Source of the DNA: Arcobacteraceae bacterium
GTDB taxonomy: Bacteria > Campylobacterota > Campylobacteria > Campylobacterales > Arcobacteraceae
DNA: 64,000 bases
Direction: 5' to 3'
Assembly: GCA_965224485.1 (NCBI GenBank)
Contig: CBDCZH010000016.1
Location: forward strand, 160,001-224,000
Of this stretch, positions 1-10,560 are shown in pieces; position 1 is the stretch's first letter; each line of letters opens with the position of its first letter. The translations under genes and the position numbers were made by a program. The notes beneath the pieces were generated by a model. That model was not told where the DNA came from. It did no database searches and was given only the letters and a program-made list of their open reading frames with translations.

Positions 1-1556
1 ATATTATTCCAAACTATACTTTTAGTGATCAAGATTTGCAAGAAGCTTATGATTTTCCACAAGCTGCTTTAAAAAATCCTTGGACTAATTTATTTAAAGA
101 TCGAAGAGCTTCTATAAAAGAAATATCAGATGAACAAATATTAAAATATATAAGAGAAGATAATTATAAAAATAAAAACAACAGTATTATATTAAAAAAT
201 AAACTTTCAAAACTTTCAAAAGACTGGGATGTAAACAATAATAAAATTTGGGATGGTTATATTCCTGATTGTGAGTTTAACTTTGATGAAGAAGGTTTTG
301 ATAAGAAAAAAGAAGTGTATACAGGTTGGAGAGCTTTTGCTTACTACCCATTTTTAGGTACATTTTGGCCAACTAATGGAAGTACCGATGACGTAATGAT
401 ACGCTTAGATAAAATATTCCAAAAAGATAAAAATAAAAACTTTAATCTTGAAGTCTATAAATTAAATTTATCTATTGTTGAGTCTTTAATAAAACAAAAA
501 GATATTTTAATAAATGAAGTTGATGAAAGAATTTATCAAGTTGATTTAAATCAAAACAATAAACTAGATTTTGCAAAAAAGATTGTATTTAAATGGATAA
601 AACCAAAAGTAAATAAAAAAACATTAAAAGTAATTAAGTATTCAATGTCTTATGTAGGTTTAGCAAAAGAAGAACTAAGTAAGAATAATATTCATATAGC
701 TCCTGGACTTTATCCTACAAATACAGAGTTCTTACACTCAGTTCGTTATCTTGATATTAAAAAAGATGAAACTGTAACAATGTCAAAAAGAATGAAAGAG
801 CTTAGATATGCTAAAAAAACATCATGGTTTACTTATTCAGCCCTTAGAGCTATTGGAGATGAAGAGTTAAAAGAAAAAAATGATTTTCCAGATAGGGTTG
901 ATAAATATATTGGAAGTATTGAAACTGGACTTTTCAATAAAAGAGGTTGGTTATATCAAGGTTTTATAGAAGATGTAAGAGGTGAGTTAAGACCTCAATC
1001 GTATGAAGAAACACTCTCCTGTATGGGCTGTCACAGCAATCTTGGTGTTTTAGCAGATTCTACTTTTGTATTTCAAAGAAAATTTGAAAACAATACCTAT
1101 AAAGAAGGTTGGTACCACTGGAGTAAAAAGGGTTTAAAAAACATTAAAGATAGAGTTTTAAAAACTGGTGAGACTGAATATATAAGATATTTAAAACAAA
1201 ATAATGCAGGTGATGAGTTTAGAGAAAATCAAGAAGTAAAAAATAAGTTTTTTGTTAAAAATTGGGAAAATAAAACAGCTCTAATCAAAAAAGACTTACT
1301 TAAAAAACTGGAAGACCCAAGTATTATTTTAAATCAAAATTGGAAGCTAAAAACTGATGCTGTAGAAAAACTTAAAAATGATATCTCTTACTTATTATTA
1401 CCAAGTAAAAAAAGAGCTTTAAAATTAAATAAAGCCTATAAAATCATTGTCAATGAGCAGAGCTATATTTATGGAAAAGATGCAATTATTAAACCCTCTT
1501 CAAATGTGCATAAAGAAGTAAAACAGGGTTTATCAACTAATTTGGAGAAAATATAA
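1..1556 (+). CDS. Uncharacterised protein with a CxxCH heme-c motif; 5' end lies outside the window
   Basis: Frame is open from the window edge; SCMGCH motif; stop overlaps the next start (TAATG). Confidence 0.75.
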   Translation, partial: IIPNYTFSDQDLQEAYDFPQAALKNPWTNLFKDRRASIKEISDEQILKYIREDNYKNKNNSIILKNKLSKLSKDWDVNNNKIWDGYIPDCEFNFDEEGFDKKKEVYTGWRAFAYYPFLGTFWPTNGSTDDVMIRLDKIFQKDKNKNFNLEVYKLNLSIVESLIKQKDILINEVDERIYQVDLNQNNKLDFAKKIVFKWIKPKVNKKTLKVIKYSMSYVGLAKEELSKNNIHIAPGLYPTNTEFLHSVRYLDIKKDETVTMSKRMKELRYAKKTSWFTYSALRAIGDEELKEKNDFPDRVDKYIGSIETGLFNKRGWLYQGFIEDVRGELRPQSYEETLSCMGCHSNLGVLADSTFVFQRKFENNTYKEGWYHWSKKGLKNIKDRVLKTGETEYIRYLKQNNAGDEFRENQEVKNKFFVKNWENKTALIKKDLLKKLEDPSIILNQNWKLKTDAVEKLKNDISYLLLPSKKRALKLNKAYKIIVNEQSYIYGKDAIIKPSSNVHKEVKQGLSTNLEKI

Positions 1557-2287
1557 TGTTTGATATTTATTCTGATATTTTAAATATAGTTATTTCGGCA
1601 CAACACAGTATTAACCTTCTTATAAGTGATTATTTTGATCAATTAGAAGAAGGAAATAATTTAATGTATTTATACATTTTAGGTATATCATTTTTATATG
1701 GGCTTATTCATGCCCTAGGACCAGGTCATGGTAAGATGGTAATTGCAAGTTATTTTTTAGCCCATGGCTCTAAAACTAAAGAAGCAGTAAAAGCAGGTTT
1801 TTTAACTGCTTTAATTCATGCGATAACAGCTTTATTTATTACCCTTAGTTTATATTTGTTCTTTCAAAATACAATAAGCCAATATTTTCAAATCATAAAT
1901 GCAAATATGTATAAAGTATCTGCTATTTTTATTATAGGGATATCTTTATATTTATTATTCGAAACAATTAAAGATAGAAATAAAAAAGAAAAGCTAAGAC
2001 CACTTGGAAACAAAAATATTTTATCTATTGCTTTATCCATAGGTTTAGTTCCCTGTCCTGGAGTTATGACTATTGTTTTATATTCTATGATTGTAGGTCA
2101 TCCATATTTAGGAATAATCTCTGCTATTGTTATGAGTATGGGAATGGGTATAACTATCTCAGGAGCTGCTGTTTTTTCATCTCATATTAATAGAGTTAAT
2201 AACTTTCAATACTCTATAGTTATCAAAAGTCTTACTTATCTTGGAATTTTTTTCTTATTTTCTTTGGGAGTATTTTTATTATTATGA
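1556..2287 (+). CDS. Nickel/cobalt transporter (NiCoT/RcnA-like)
   Basis: HALGPGHGK and GLVPCP motifs, multiple TM helices. Confidence 0.9.
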   Translation: MFDIYSDILNIVISAQHSINLLISDYFDQLEEGNNLMYLYILGISFLYGLIHALGPGHGKMVIASYFLAHGSKTKEAVKAGFLTALIHAITALFITLSLYLFFQNTISQYFQIINANMYKVSAIFIIGISLYLLFETIKDRNKKEKLRPLGNKNILSIALSIGLVPCPGVMTIVLYSMIVGHPYLGIISAIVMSMGMGITISGAAVFSSHINRVNNFQYSIVIKSLTYLGIFFLFSLGVFLLL

Positions 2288-2763
2288 AAAAACTGTTTTT
2301 CCTATTCTTTTTACATATTTCTTTATACGCACATCCTCATTTTTTTGTTGATGCAAGTTTAAAGATAAAAGAAAAAACAATAAAACATATCTGGATTTTT
2401 GACAAAATTAATTCAAGATTATTAATGTTTGATTTTGATATAAATAAAAACAAAAAATTAGAAAAAGAAGAAGAGACAAACTTTTTGCAAAAGCATTTTT
2501 TCTCTCTTAAAAAAGATAACTATAATCTTTTTATTGAAAATAATGAAGAAGAAATAGAAATAAATCCGCAAAAAGTAAGGGCTGTATTTAGCAAAAGAAG
2601 AATCATTATAACTTTTTATACAAATATCAAACTACAAAAAGATTCGACTTTATGCACTATTGACCCACTTGTTTATATGGCATTTAAAATAAACAAAATA
2701 AATACAACATTAGATATAGATATTATAAAAAGTGAATATGACTATTGCATAGGAGTTAAATAA
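2284..2763 (+). CDS. DUF1007-like periplasmic protein
   Basis: Signal peptide followed by AHPHFF; typical partner of RcnA-like transporters. Confidence 0.75.
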   Translation: MKKLFFLFFLHISLYAHPHFFVDASLKIKEKTIKHIWIFDKINSRLLMFDFDINKNKKLEKEEETNFLQKHFFSLKKDNYNLFIENNEEEIEINPQKVRAVFSKRRIIITFYTNIKLQKDSTLCTIDPLVYMAFKINKINTTLDIDIIKSEYDYCIGVK

Positions 2764-3072
2764 ATGAAGAAATTTATATTTTTACTACTTCCTTTTTACT
2801 GTTTTTCCCATCCTGTTTCTTATACTATTGATTTAAAAGCTAGTTATGATAAAAATAAAAAAATAGCCAAGATAGAGTGTATAAGTTCTAGTAGGAATAA
2901 ATGTGGGGCTCATAATTTTAAACTTTTTGATGAAAATGATAAACTTTTAAAAACATCAAGATTTCCCTTTTTAAAAAAGTCAAAAAATATTAAGAATATA
3001 GAAAAACCATATAAGATGATATTTTTTCTAAAAAAAGTACCAGAACATCAATATATTGTATATTTTAAATAA
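2764..3072 (+). CDS. Hypothetical exported protein
   Basis: Signal peptide then HP; RBS AGGAG; same operon as upstream genes. Confidence 0.7.
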   Translation: MKKFIFLLLPFYCFSHPVSYTIDLKASYDKNKKIAKIECISSSRNKCGAHNFKLFDENDKLLKTSRFPFLKKSKNIKNIEKPYKMIFFLKKVPEHQYIVYFK

Positions 3073-3121
3073 GTAATTTGTATAAATATATTTCATTAAT
3101 AAAATAGAGGTATAATATTAT

Positions 3122-4240
3122 ATGAGATTCTTAATATTTGCCACAATTTTTATGATTATTCAAAGCCTTATGCTTATATACATTTCTAAACGTTTTGTAA
3201 AAAGAGTTGATTTTTCTTCAAAAATTAAAAAAGCTTTAAATATATTTTTACTCTTTAATCTTTTGGGAGTTATATTATATATGGTAGCAAGGTATTATCC
3301 TTTTGTTCCAAATTGGTTATATTTTTTACTTAGCCTTTCTCTTGGACTAATTTTCGTACTTTTTATGCTTACAATTTTTTACGATATTTCTCATTATATT
3401 ATTAATAAAACAGCAAAAAATGACAGTAGAAGAAAGTTTTTTAAAAAAACTCTAGATATAAGCGCTATTTCATTAGCTACTGTAATTTCAAGTAAAGCTA
3501 TATACAATGCAAAAAACTATGTTTTAGAAGAAATAGATATAAAAATAAAAGATTTAAAAAAACCCTACAGTATAATTCAGATTTCTGATATACATATTGG
3601 TGGGTTAATAGATAAAGCTTTTATAAAAACTATGGTTGAAAAAATAAACTCATTAAAACCTGACCTTGTAGTAATAACAGGAGATTTAGTAGATACTAGT
3701 ATGAAATATGCAAAAGATGCTTTAGATGAATTACAACATTTAAAAAGTAAGTATGGAACATATTTTATAGTTGGAAATCATGAATATTTTCATAATATAA
3801 ATGAAATAATATTTTCTCTTAAAAATCTAAATATTAAGGTTTTAGAAAATGAAAGTGTTTATATAGGTGGAAATAATATTGGTTTTAATTTAGCTGGGGT
3901 TTATGATATTTTTGGTTATAGCTATAAAGAGTATCAACCTGATATAAATAAAGCTCTTAGCGCTATTAAAAACTCACCAAGCATTCTTTTAGCACATCAA
4001 CCAAAGTTTATCAACGAAGTGCCTTCTAGTGTTGCTTTGGTTCTTAGCGGGCATACTCATGGTGGTCAAATAATTCCTTTTAATTTTTTAGTTAAACTTG
4101 TGCAGCCTTATTTAAAAGGTTTACACCAACACAATATTCATACACAAATATATGTAAATAAAGGAACAGGATTTTGGGGACCACCTATGCGTTTAGGGGC
4201 AAGTTCAGAAATTACCTTTATTAAGTTAATTCCAAGTTGA
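3122..4240 (+). CDS. Membrane-anchored metallophosphoesterase
   Basis: SDIH, TGDLVD, GNHE and GHTHGGQ motifs. Confidence 0.93.
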   Translation: MRFLIFATIFMIIQSLMLIYISKRFVKRVDFSSKIKKALNIFLLFNLLGVILYMVARYYPFVPNWLYFLLSLSLGLIFVLFMLTIFYDISHYIINKTAKNDSRRKFFKKTLDISAISLATVISSKAIYNAKNYVLEEIDIKIKDLKKPYSIIQISDIHIGGLIDKAFIKTMVEKINSLKPDLVVITGDLVDTSMKYAKDALDELQHLKSKYGTYFIVGNHEYFHNINEIIFSLKNLNIKVLENESVYIGGNNIGFNLAGVYDIFGYSYKEYQPDINKALSAIKNSPSILLAHQPKFINEVPSSVALVLSGHTHGGQIIPFNFLVKLVQPYLKGLHQHNIHTQIYVNKGTGFWGPPMRLGASSEITFIKLIPS

Positions 4241-4311
4241 TATTAATCAAAGCTAATCTTTAAATTTTGTGTCAAAATAAAATTTAATTAAAAAAATATT
4301 ATAGGAAGATT

Positions 4312-4659
4312 ATGACGAACGAAAAGTTTAAGTCTGAAGCCAATACTCTTAAAAGATTTTTTGAGAAATACTGCAATGATAAACATCAAAATAAAAAAAA
4401 CTTTTCAATAGAACTTACTTATGAAGGTAAGTTAATAAAGCTTGAGCTTAGCTTGTGTGAAACCTGTAAGGAAAGTATTACTTACTCATTTGATAGATTA
4501 CTGCAATGCCCTCATGAAATTAAACCAAGATGCAGAACTTGTCCAGCTAAATGTTATGACAAAAAAGAGTGGACTAAGACAGCTAAGATAATGAAATACT
4601 CGGCAATTCAATTTGGTCTTTCAAAAATAAAGAAACGTTTATTTAATTTATTTAAGTAA
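4312..4659 (+). CDS. YgbA-like ('nitrous oxide-stimulated promoter') Cys-rich protein
   Basis: LCxxC...RLxxCP...KPxCxxCPxxCY pattern. Confidence 0.85.
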   Translation: MTNEKFKSEANTLKRFFEKYCNDKHQNKKNFSIELTYEGKLIKLELSLCETCKESITYSFDRLLQCPHEIKPRCRTCPAKCYDKKEWTKTAKIMKYSAIQFGLSKIKKRLFNLFK

Positions 4660-4662
4660 TTA

Positions 4663-5256
4663 ATGTATAATACAAACATGCTAAACATTACACTAAGAGA
4701 ACACCTTATAAATATTACTTATGAAGAAATTTACACAAAAGGTTTTCAAGCTGCTAATACTTCTATAATATTAAAAAAAGCAAAGATACATAAAGGTTCA
4801 ATGTATCACTATTTTAAATCCAAAAAAGATTTAGCCTTATGCGTAATAAAGGAAAGACTTAAACCTATGATTATTGAAAAATATAGTCCTCTAAGAGAAG
4901 CAAAAACAAACTCATTTGATTTATTACTTTCACTTCTACAAAATACCGAAATATTAAACATAAAATATGGGTGCCATGTTAATAATCTAATTCAAGAGAT
5001 GTCTCCAATAGATGTAGATTTTAAAAGTATTTTGGAGAATATATATTTGTATATGGAAGAAAGTATAGAATATGCACTTGATACAGCAGTCAAAAATAAA
5101 GAAATTACCACATCAATTGAGACGAAAAAGCTATCTCTTTTTATTCTTTCAGCAATGGAAGGAAGTTTAATAACAGCAAAAAAGTCAAATAATATTCAAT
5201 CTTTTGAAGATTCTATCTCTGTTTTAATAAATTTTTTAAAAAGTTTAAAAAACTAA
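4663..5256 (+). CDS. TetR/AcrR family transcriptional regulator
   Basis: HTH with KGSMYHYFKSK; GC motif in the C-terminal domain. Confidence 0.93.
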   Translation: MYNTNMLNITLREHLINITYEEIYTKGFQAANTSIILKKAKIHKGSMYHYFKSKKDLALCVIKERLKPMIIEKYSPLREAKTNSFDLLLSLLQNTEILNIKYGCHVNNLIQEMSPIDVDFKSILENIYLYMEESIEYALDTAVKNKEITTSIETKKLSLFILSAMEGSLITAKKSNNIQSFEDSISVLINFLKSLKN

Positions 5257-5322
5257 ATCCCAAAAATAAAACTATTTTATTAATAATTACTTAAGATAAA
5301 TATCTAAATTTTTAATTTCATC

Positions 5323-5382
5323 TTGACTTAAAAGTCAAAGAGTGTTATAATTTATTGATTGACTTATAAGTCAATCAATAAA
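5323..5382 (+). promoter_or_regulatory. Sigma70 promoter with two palindromic operators
   Basis: TTGACT 5323-5328, 17-bp spacer, TG-extended TATAAT 5346-5351; TTGACTTAWAAGTCAA occurs twice, the second inside a perfect 32-bp palindrome 5351-5382. Confidence 0.85.
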
Positions 5383-5393
5383 AAGGAAATAAT

Positions 5394-7796
5394 ATGAAAG
5401 CAGATAGAAGAGATTTTGTCAAAAATAGTGTTTTAGGATTAGGAGCAGTTACTTGCTTACCTATAAATAGTATAGCTACAAATGTTTTGGTAGAACAAAC
5501 TAAGAAAATTCCTCATGCAAATCACTATGGACCTTTTATTGCACATGTAAAAGGAAATAAAATATTTGATATTGTACCAAGAAATGAATTAGATGAAAAA
5601 CCTCTTATTATGATGAAGGGTCAAATTGATAGATTAGAATCAAAAAGTAGAGTCAAATATCCTTATGTAAGAAAAAGCTTTTTAGAAGGCAAAGATAAAA
5701 AAGAGTTAAGAGGAAGTGAAGAGTTTGTAAAAGTATCTTGGGAAGAAGCTTTAGACTTAGTGCATAAGAAGATTCAAAACCTTATTTCAAAAGAAGGAAA
5801 TAAGGCAATATATAATGCTTCTTATGGAGGCTGGGCACATCCAGGACGACTTGGAAAAGTTAATTCACTAGCAGGAAGATTTTTTAATACTATTGGAGGA
5901 GCTGTTAAAACTTCAGGAGATTATTCAACTGGTTCATCAATGGCAATTATGCCTACTGTTATGGGTAATTTAGAAATATATTCTAAACAAACAAGCCATG
6001 AAGAAATAGTAAAAAATACTAAAGTTATGATTTTGTGGGGAAGTGACTTATACAAAACTAATAGAATTGCATATACCGTGCCAAATCATAAAAATGAAAC
6101 TTGGTATGAAGAGTATAAAAAAGCTGGAATTAAATTTATTTCAATTGATCCTATAAATACTCAAACAGCTCAAGAGTTTAAAGCACAATGGATTAAAATT
6201 AGACCAGGAAGTGATTTAGCCTTTATGTTAGCACTTATGAATTATATGTATAAAAATAAATTATATAATAAAGATTTTATAAGTACATATACAAGTGGGT
6301 TTGAAGAATTTTTGCCTTATTTATTAGGACAAAGTGATGGAATTGATAAAACTCCTGCTTGGGCAGAAAAGCTTACAGATATTCCTTCTGAAACCATAAA
6401 AGACTTAGCTCATATTATGATTGAAAATAGAACACTTATTTCTGGAAACTGGGCAATTCAAAGAGCAGATAATGGTGAACAAATGCATTGGATGATGGTA
6501 GTACTAGCTTCAATGGTTGGCCAAATTGGACTTTCTGGTGGTGGCATTGGACTGGCTATGCATTGGGCAGGGGCAGGACAAGCTAGTTCAGGTAAAAAAG
6601 TAGCTCCTGGTCTTAGCCAAGGTGGTGGAGATAAGGTTAAATTTGCAATTCCTGCTTCAAGAATGAGTGAGCTTATTTTAAATCCAGGTAAAACAATAAC
6701 TTTTAAGGGTAAAAAAATTACCTTTCCTCATGTAAAACTAATGTATATAGCAGGTTGTTCTCCTATTGGTCATCAACCTGATACAAATGAAGTAATAAAA
6801 GCACTTAAAACATTAGATACTGTAATAGTACAAGAACCATGGTGGACTCCGACTGCTAAAATGGCAGATATTGTTCTTCCTGCAACTATGACTTTAGAAA
6901 GAGATGATATAACTTTTGGACAATTTTATTCACAAGATAAAATTTTTGCCATGCCTAAGGTAGTAGACAATGCTTTTGAAGCAAAAGATGATTATTGGAT
7001 TTTCGCACAATTAGCTAAACGATTCAAAAAAGAAAAGAAATTCACTAAAAATAGAACACAAATGCAATGGGTTAAACATCTTTATTCAAAAACTTATGCA
7101 TCTAAAAAAATGAAAGTATCATTTGAAAAGTTTTGGAGTGATGGTTATGTGCAATATGATATTCCTAAAAGTGCCAAAGAGTATGTACGTCATCAAGCCT
7201 TTAGATTAAATCCTATTAAAAATAAACTAAAAACTCAAAGTGGTAAAATTCAAATATTCTCTCAAAAAATAAAAGACTATGGTTATCTTGGTTATCCAAC
7301 ATGGATGGAACCAAAAGAGTGGTTAGGAGCTAAAGAGAGTAAAGAGTATCCCTTTCATCTACTTTCTCCTCATTCAGCATATAGATTACACACCCAAATG
7401 GATAATACCTGGGTAGTAAATGCTTTCAAAGTTGCCGGAAAAGAACCAATTTTAATAAATGAACAAGACGCAAAAGAGTTAAATATAAAAGATGGGGATA
7501 TAGTAGAAGTTTCAAATAAAAGAGGGAAACTTTTAGCAGGTGCTGTTGTCACAAATGATATAAGAAGAGGTGTCACCGCCATTCATGAAGGTGCTTGGTA
7601 CTCACCTATTTCTTTTAAAGAAGAAAACAGTATTTGTACAAGTGGTCATGTAAATGTACTAACACCTTCACGTCCAACTTCAGGTATTGCACAAGCTGCT
7701 ACTACAAATTCAACCTTAGTTTCAATAAAAAAAGCACTTGGAGTAATACCTCCTAATAGAGCATACGAACCACCAATGCTAATAGAAGAGTCATAA
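5394..7796 (+). CDS. Tat-exported molybdopterin oxidoreductase of the TorA/TorZ/BisC (S/N-oxide reductase) type
   Basis: DRRDFVK Tat motif; RVKYPYVRK, GDYSTG, ADIVLPA, SPH..RLH and EGAWY motifs; no N-terminal FeS cysteines. Confidence 0.92.
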   Translation: MKADRRDFVKNSVLGLGAVTCLPINSIATNVLVEQTKKIPHANHYGPFIAHVKGNKIFDIVPRNELDEKPLIMMKGQIDRLESKSRVKYPYVRKSFLEGKDKKELRGSEEFVKVSWEEALDLVHKKIQNLISKEGNKAIYNASYGGWAHPGRLGKVNSLAGRFFNTIGGAVKTSGDYSTGSSMAIMPTVMGNLEIYSKQTSHEEIVKNTKVMILWGSDLYKTNRIAYTVPNHKNETWYEEYKKAGIKFISIDPINTQTAQEFKAQWIKIRPGSDLAFMLALMNYMYKNKLYNKDFISTYTSGFEEFLPYLLGQSDGIDKTPAWAEKLTDIPSETIKDLAHIMIENRTLISGNWAIQRADNGEQMHWMMVVLASMVGQIGLSGGGIGLAMHWAGAGQASSGKKVAPGLSQGGGDKVKFAIPASRMSELILNPGKTITFKGKKITFPHVKLMYIAGCSPIGHQPDTNEVIKALKTLDTVIVQEPWWTPTAKMADIVLPATMTLERDDITFGQFYSQDKIFAMPKVVDNAFEAKDDYWIFAQLAKRFKKEKKFTKNRTQMQWVKHLYSKTYASKKMKVSFEKFWSDGYVQYDIPKSAKEYVRHQAFRLNPIKNKLKTQSGKIQIFSQKIKDYGYLGYPTWMEPKEWLGAKESKEYPFHLLSPHSAYRLHTQMDNTWVVNAFKVAGKEPILINEQDAKELNIKDGDIVEVSNKRGKLLAGAVVTNDIRRGVTAIHEGAWYSPISFKEENSICTSGHVNVLTPSRPTSGIAQAATTNSTLVSIKKALGVIPPNRAYEPPMLIEES

Positions 7797-7797
7797 A

Positions 7798-8313
7798 ATG
7801 AAATTTCTATTACTAATCTTTTTCTTAAGTTGCCAATTTTTATTGGCAACTTCTTTTGCCTATATTAATAAAGATATTAGCACAAAAAACTATTCTTTAA
7901 AACAAGGAAGCAAAGTTGAGATTATAAAAGAAATAAATCAAAAAGTTGAAATTAAAATAAGTGCTTCAATAAATGCTAATAATGAACTTTTCTTTGATAA
8001 AAATCAAAATTATAAAATAGGTTCTTATAAAAACTACAAAAAGAATAATAGCGGAATCTATATTTTTAAAATTGATAAAGAAAATCTAAGTAAAAGTTCA
8101 GCTGAAGTTTGGGAAGAAGCTCAAGATATGTATTATGAAGGATGTACTCAGTGTCATTCAGCAATGGAGACATATGAACATACAATGTTAGAATGGGAAG
8201 GTATTTTTGAATCAATGAAAGACCAAGCTCAACTAGAAGAAGATGAAAACTTAAAAATTCTATCTTATCTTAAAAGTCATGCTCAAGATGGTTTTATAAA
8301 AGAAGAGGAATAA
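7798..8313 (+). CDS. Monoheme cytochrome c, probable partner of the reductase
   Basis: Signal peptide; CTQCH motif with distal W...M resembling the TorC C-terminal domain. Confidence 0.88.
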   Translation: MKFLLLIFFLSCQFLLATSFAYINKDISTKNYSLKQGSKVEIIKEINQKVEIKISASINANNELFFDKNQNYKIGSYKNYKKNNSGIYIFKIDKENLSKSSAEVWEEAQDMYYEGCTQCHSAMETYEHTMLEWEGIFESMKDQAQLEEDENLKILSYLKSHAQDGFIKEEE

Positions 8314-8322
8314 ACTCTTCTT

Positions 8323-8418
8323 TTATTGATTTGATATAAAATATAATGTTGTAGATATTGTTATTGAATAAAAACTTATTAATATTAAGTAATCTTTTAT
8401 ATTTGTATTAAATTCCAT
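8323..8418 (-). CDS. Putative 31-aa membrane peptide MEFNTNIKDYLILISFYSITISTTLYFISNQ
   Basis: Translated by hand; AGGAGA RBS upstream; hydrophobic core. Confidence 0.45.
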   Translation of the reverse strand: MEFNTNIKDYLILISFYSITISTTLYFISNQ

Positions 8419-8448
8419 TTTTTCTCCTTTTTATAGGAGAAAAATCTC

Positions 8449-8502
8449 CTAATTATTTTTTTTATTTATCTTTCTTCTTTTAGACCTTTTCATGTCTGAC
8501 AT
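8449..8502 (-). CDS. Putative 17-aa basic peptide MSDMKRSKRRKINKKNN
   Basis: Translated by hand; AAGGAGA RBS upstream. Confidence 0.3.
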   Translation of the reverse strand: MSDMKRSKRRKINKKNN

Positions 8503-8531
8503 TTATCTCCTTTTTTACAAAAAATTTGCAT

Positions 8532-8565
8532 AAAAAAAAGGATGTGCTAAAAAGCACATCCTTTT
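8532..8565 (-). terminator. Intrinsic terminator of typA
   Basis: AAAAGGATGTGCT/AGCACATCCTTTT hairpin with a T8 tract on the minus strand. Confidence 0.85.
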
Positions 8566-8585
8566 AAAATTAGATTTCTAATTTT

Positions 8586-10400
8586 TTAGTTGAATTTTAC
8601 TTTTTTAGCATATCTTTTTCGAACTACTGGATCGAGTTCTCTTTTTCTAACTCTAATTGAAATTGGTGTAACTTCAACTAACTCATCATCTTCAATCCAC
8701 TCTAGGGCATTTTCTAGTCCCATTTGTTTTGGTGGAACTAACTTAATAGCTTCATCAGCACCCGAGCTTCTTACGTTTGATTGTTGTTTAGCTTTAACAG
8801 GGTTAACATCTAAATCATTACCTTTAGCATGTTGACCAATTACCATTCCGTTATAAACTTTATCTTGAGGTTTAACAAACATTATTCCTCTATCTTGTAA
8901 GTTAAAGATTGAATAACCAACAGCTTCTCCATCTTCCATAGAAACTAAAGCACCATATTTTCTACTTTCAACAGTTCCTGAATGAGGTCTGAAATCTAAG
9001 AAAGAGTGATTCATAACACCTTCACCTTTTGTATCAGTTAAGAACTCAGTTCTAATACCAATAAGTCCACGTGCAGGAATTTCAAATTCTAATCTTGTAT
9101 AACCTGAACCCATTGGAATCATGTTAGTCATATTAGCTTTTCTCTTACCAAGTTTTTCAATAATTGTTCCAGTAAATTCATCAGGAGTATCAATTACTAA
9201 ATGCTCAAATGGCTCCATCTTAACACCATCAACTTCTTTAATAATTACTTCAGGTCTTCCAATACAAAACTCAAAACCTTCTCTTCTCATGTTTTCAGCC
9301 AAGATACAAATTTGTAACTCACCCCTACCATTTACTTTAAACTTACCTTCACCAATTTGCTCATAATTCATAGCAATATTAGTATTCATCTCAGCTTCTA
9401 ATCTTTCATCAATTTTATTTGATGTAATGAATTTACCTTCAGTTCCAGCTAGTGGAGAATCATTTACTTGGAAAGTAATAGATAAAGTAGGCTCTTCAAT
9501 ATGCATAGGATCTAATGGCATTGGATTTAAAGGATCACAAAGTGAATCTCCAACATCAATAGTTTCAAAACCAGCAACAGCAACAATATCACCAGTTCCA
9601 GCTTTATCAATATCAAATCTCTCAATACCTTTAAAACCAATAAGTTTAGTAACTCTACCTTTAAGTTTTTCGCCATCAGCTTTAACTAAAGTAACAGTTT
9701 CTCCCATAGCAATTGTTCCATTAAAAATTCTAGCAATTCCTATTTTTCCAATAAAGTTATCATAATCAAGTGTAAATACTTGTAATTGAAGACCATTGTC
9801 ATCACTACCTTTTGGTTTTGGAACTTCTCTTAAAATCATGTCAAATAAAGGAGTTAAATCTTTATTTTCATCTTCTAAATCAATTTTTGCATAACCATCT
9901 CTTGCAGCTGCATAAATTACTGGAAATTCTAATTGCTCTTCAGTAGCACCCATTTGATCAAATAGGTCAAATACTTCATCAACAACTCTATCAGCATCAC
10001 TACCTGGTTTGTCAATTTTATTTACAACTAAAATTGGTCTATGACCTAATGAAAGTGCTTTTTTAACAACAAACTTAGTTTGAGGCATAACACCTTCTTG
10101 AGCATCTACTAATAAAAGTACACAGTCAACCATTTTAAGAACTCTCTCAACTTCTCCACCAAAGTCAGCATGACCTGGAGTATCAATAATGTTAATTCTT
10201 ACATCTTTATAATCAACAGCAGTATTTTTAGAAAGAATTGTAATTCCTCTTTCTTTTTCAATATCATTACTATCCATTACTCGCTCTTCTACTTCTTGGT
10301 GAGCTGTAAAAGTTCCAGATTGTTTTAATAATTCATCTACTAATGTAGTTTTACCATGATCAACGTGTGCAATTACAGCAATATTTCTAATATCTCTCAT
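8586..10400 (-). CDS. typA: Translational GTPase TypA/BipA
   Basis: [29 protein letters not shown]. Confidence 0.99.
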   Translation of the reverse strand: MRDIRNIAVIAHVDHGKTTLVDELLKQSGTFTAHQEVEERVMDSNDIEKERGITILSKNTAVDYKDVRINIIDTPGHADFGGEVERVLKMVDCVLLLVDAQEGVMPQTKFVVKKALSLGHRPILVVNKIDKPGSDADRVVDEVFDLFDQMGATEEQLEFPVIYAAARDGYAKIDLEDENKDLTPLFDMILREVPKPKGSDDNGLQLQVFTLDYDNFIGKIGIARIFNGTIAMGETVTLVKADGEKLKGRVTKLIGFKGIERFDIDKAGTGDIVAVAGFETIDVGDSLCDPLNPMPLDPMHIEEPTLSITFQVNDSPLAGTEGKFITSNKIDERLEAEMNTNIAMNYEQIGEGKFKVNGRGELQICILAENMRREGFEFCIGRPEVIIKEVDGVKMEPFEHLVIDTPDEFTGTIIEKLGKRKANMTNMIPMGSGYTRLEFEIPARGLIGIRTEFLTDTKGEGVMNHSFLDFRPHSGTVESRKYGALVSMEDGEAVGYSIFNLQDRGIMFVKPQDKVYNGMVIGQHAKGNDLDVNPVKAKQQSNVRSSGADEAIKLVPPKQMGLENALEWIEDDELVEVTPISIRVRKRELDPVVRKRYAKKVKFN

Positions 10401-10560
10401 TTAGTCTCTTTATACATAAATTTTCGCGATTATACTAAATATTTGCTTAATTTAAGCTATAAATAATACTTTAATAAGATTAAAATTATAAATATGTCAT
10501 TTTTTATATTAAAAATGCTTTTATACTCTTATATTTGATATACTTTTTAAAAAGAATATT

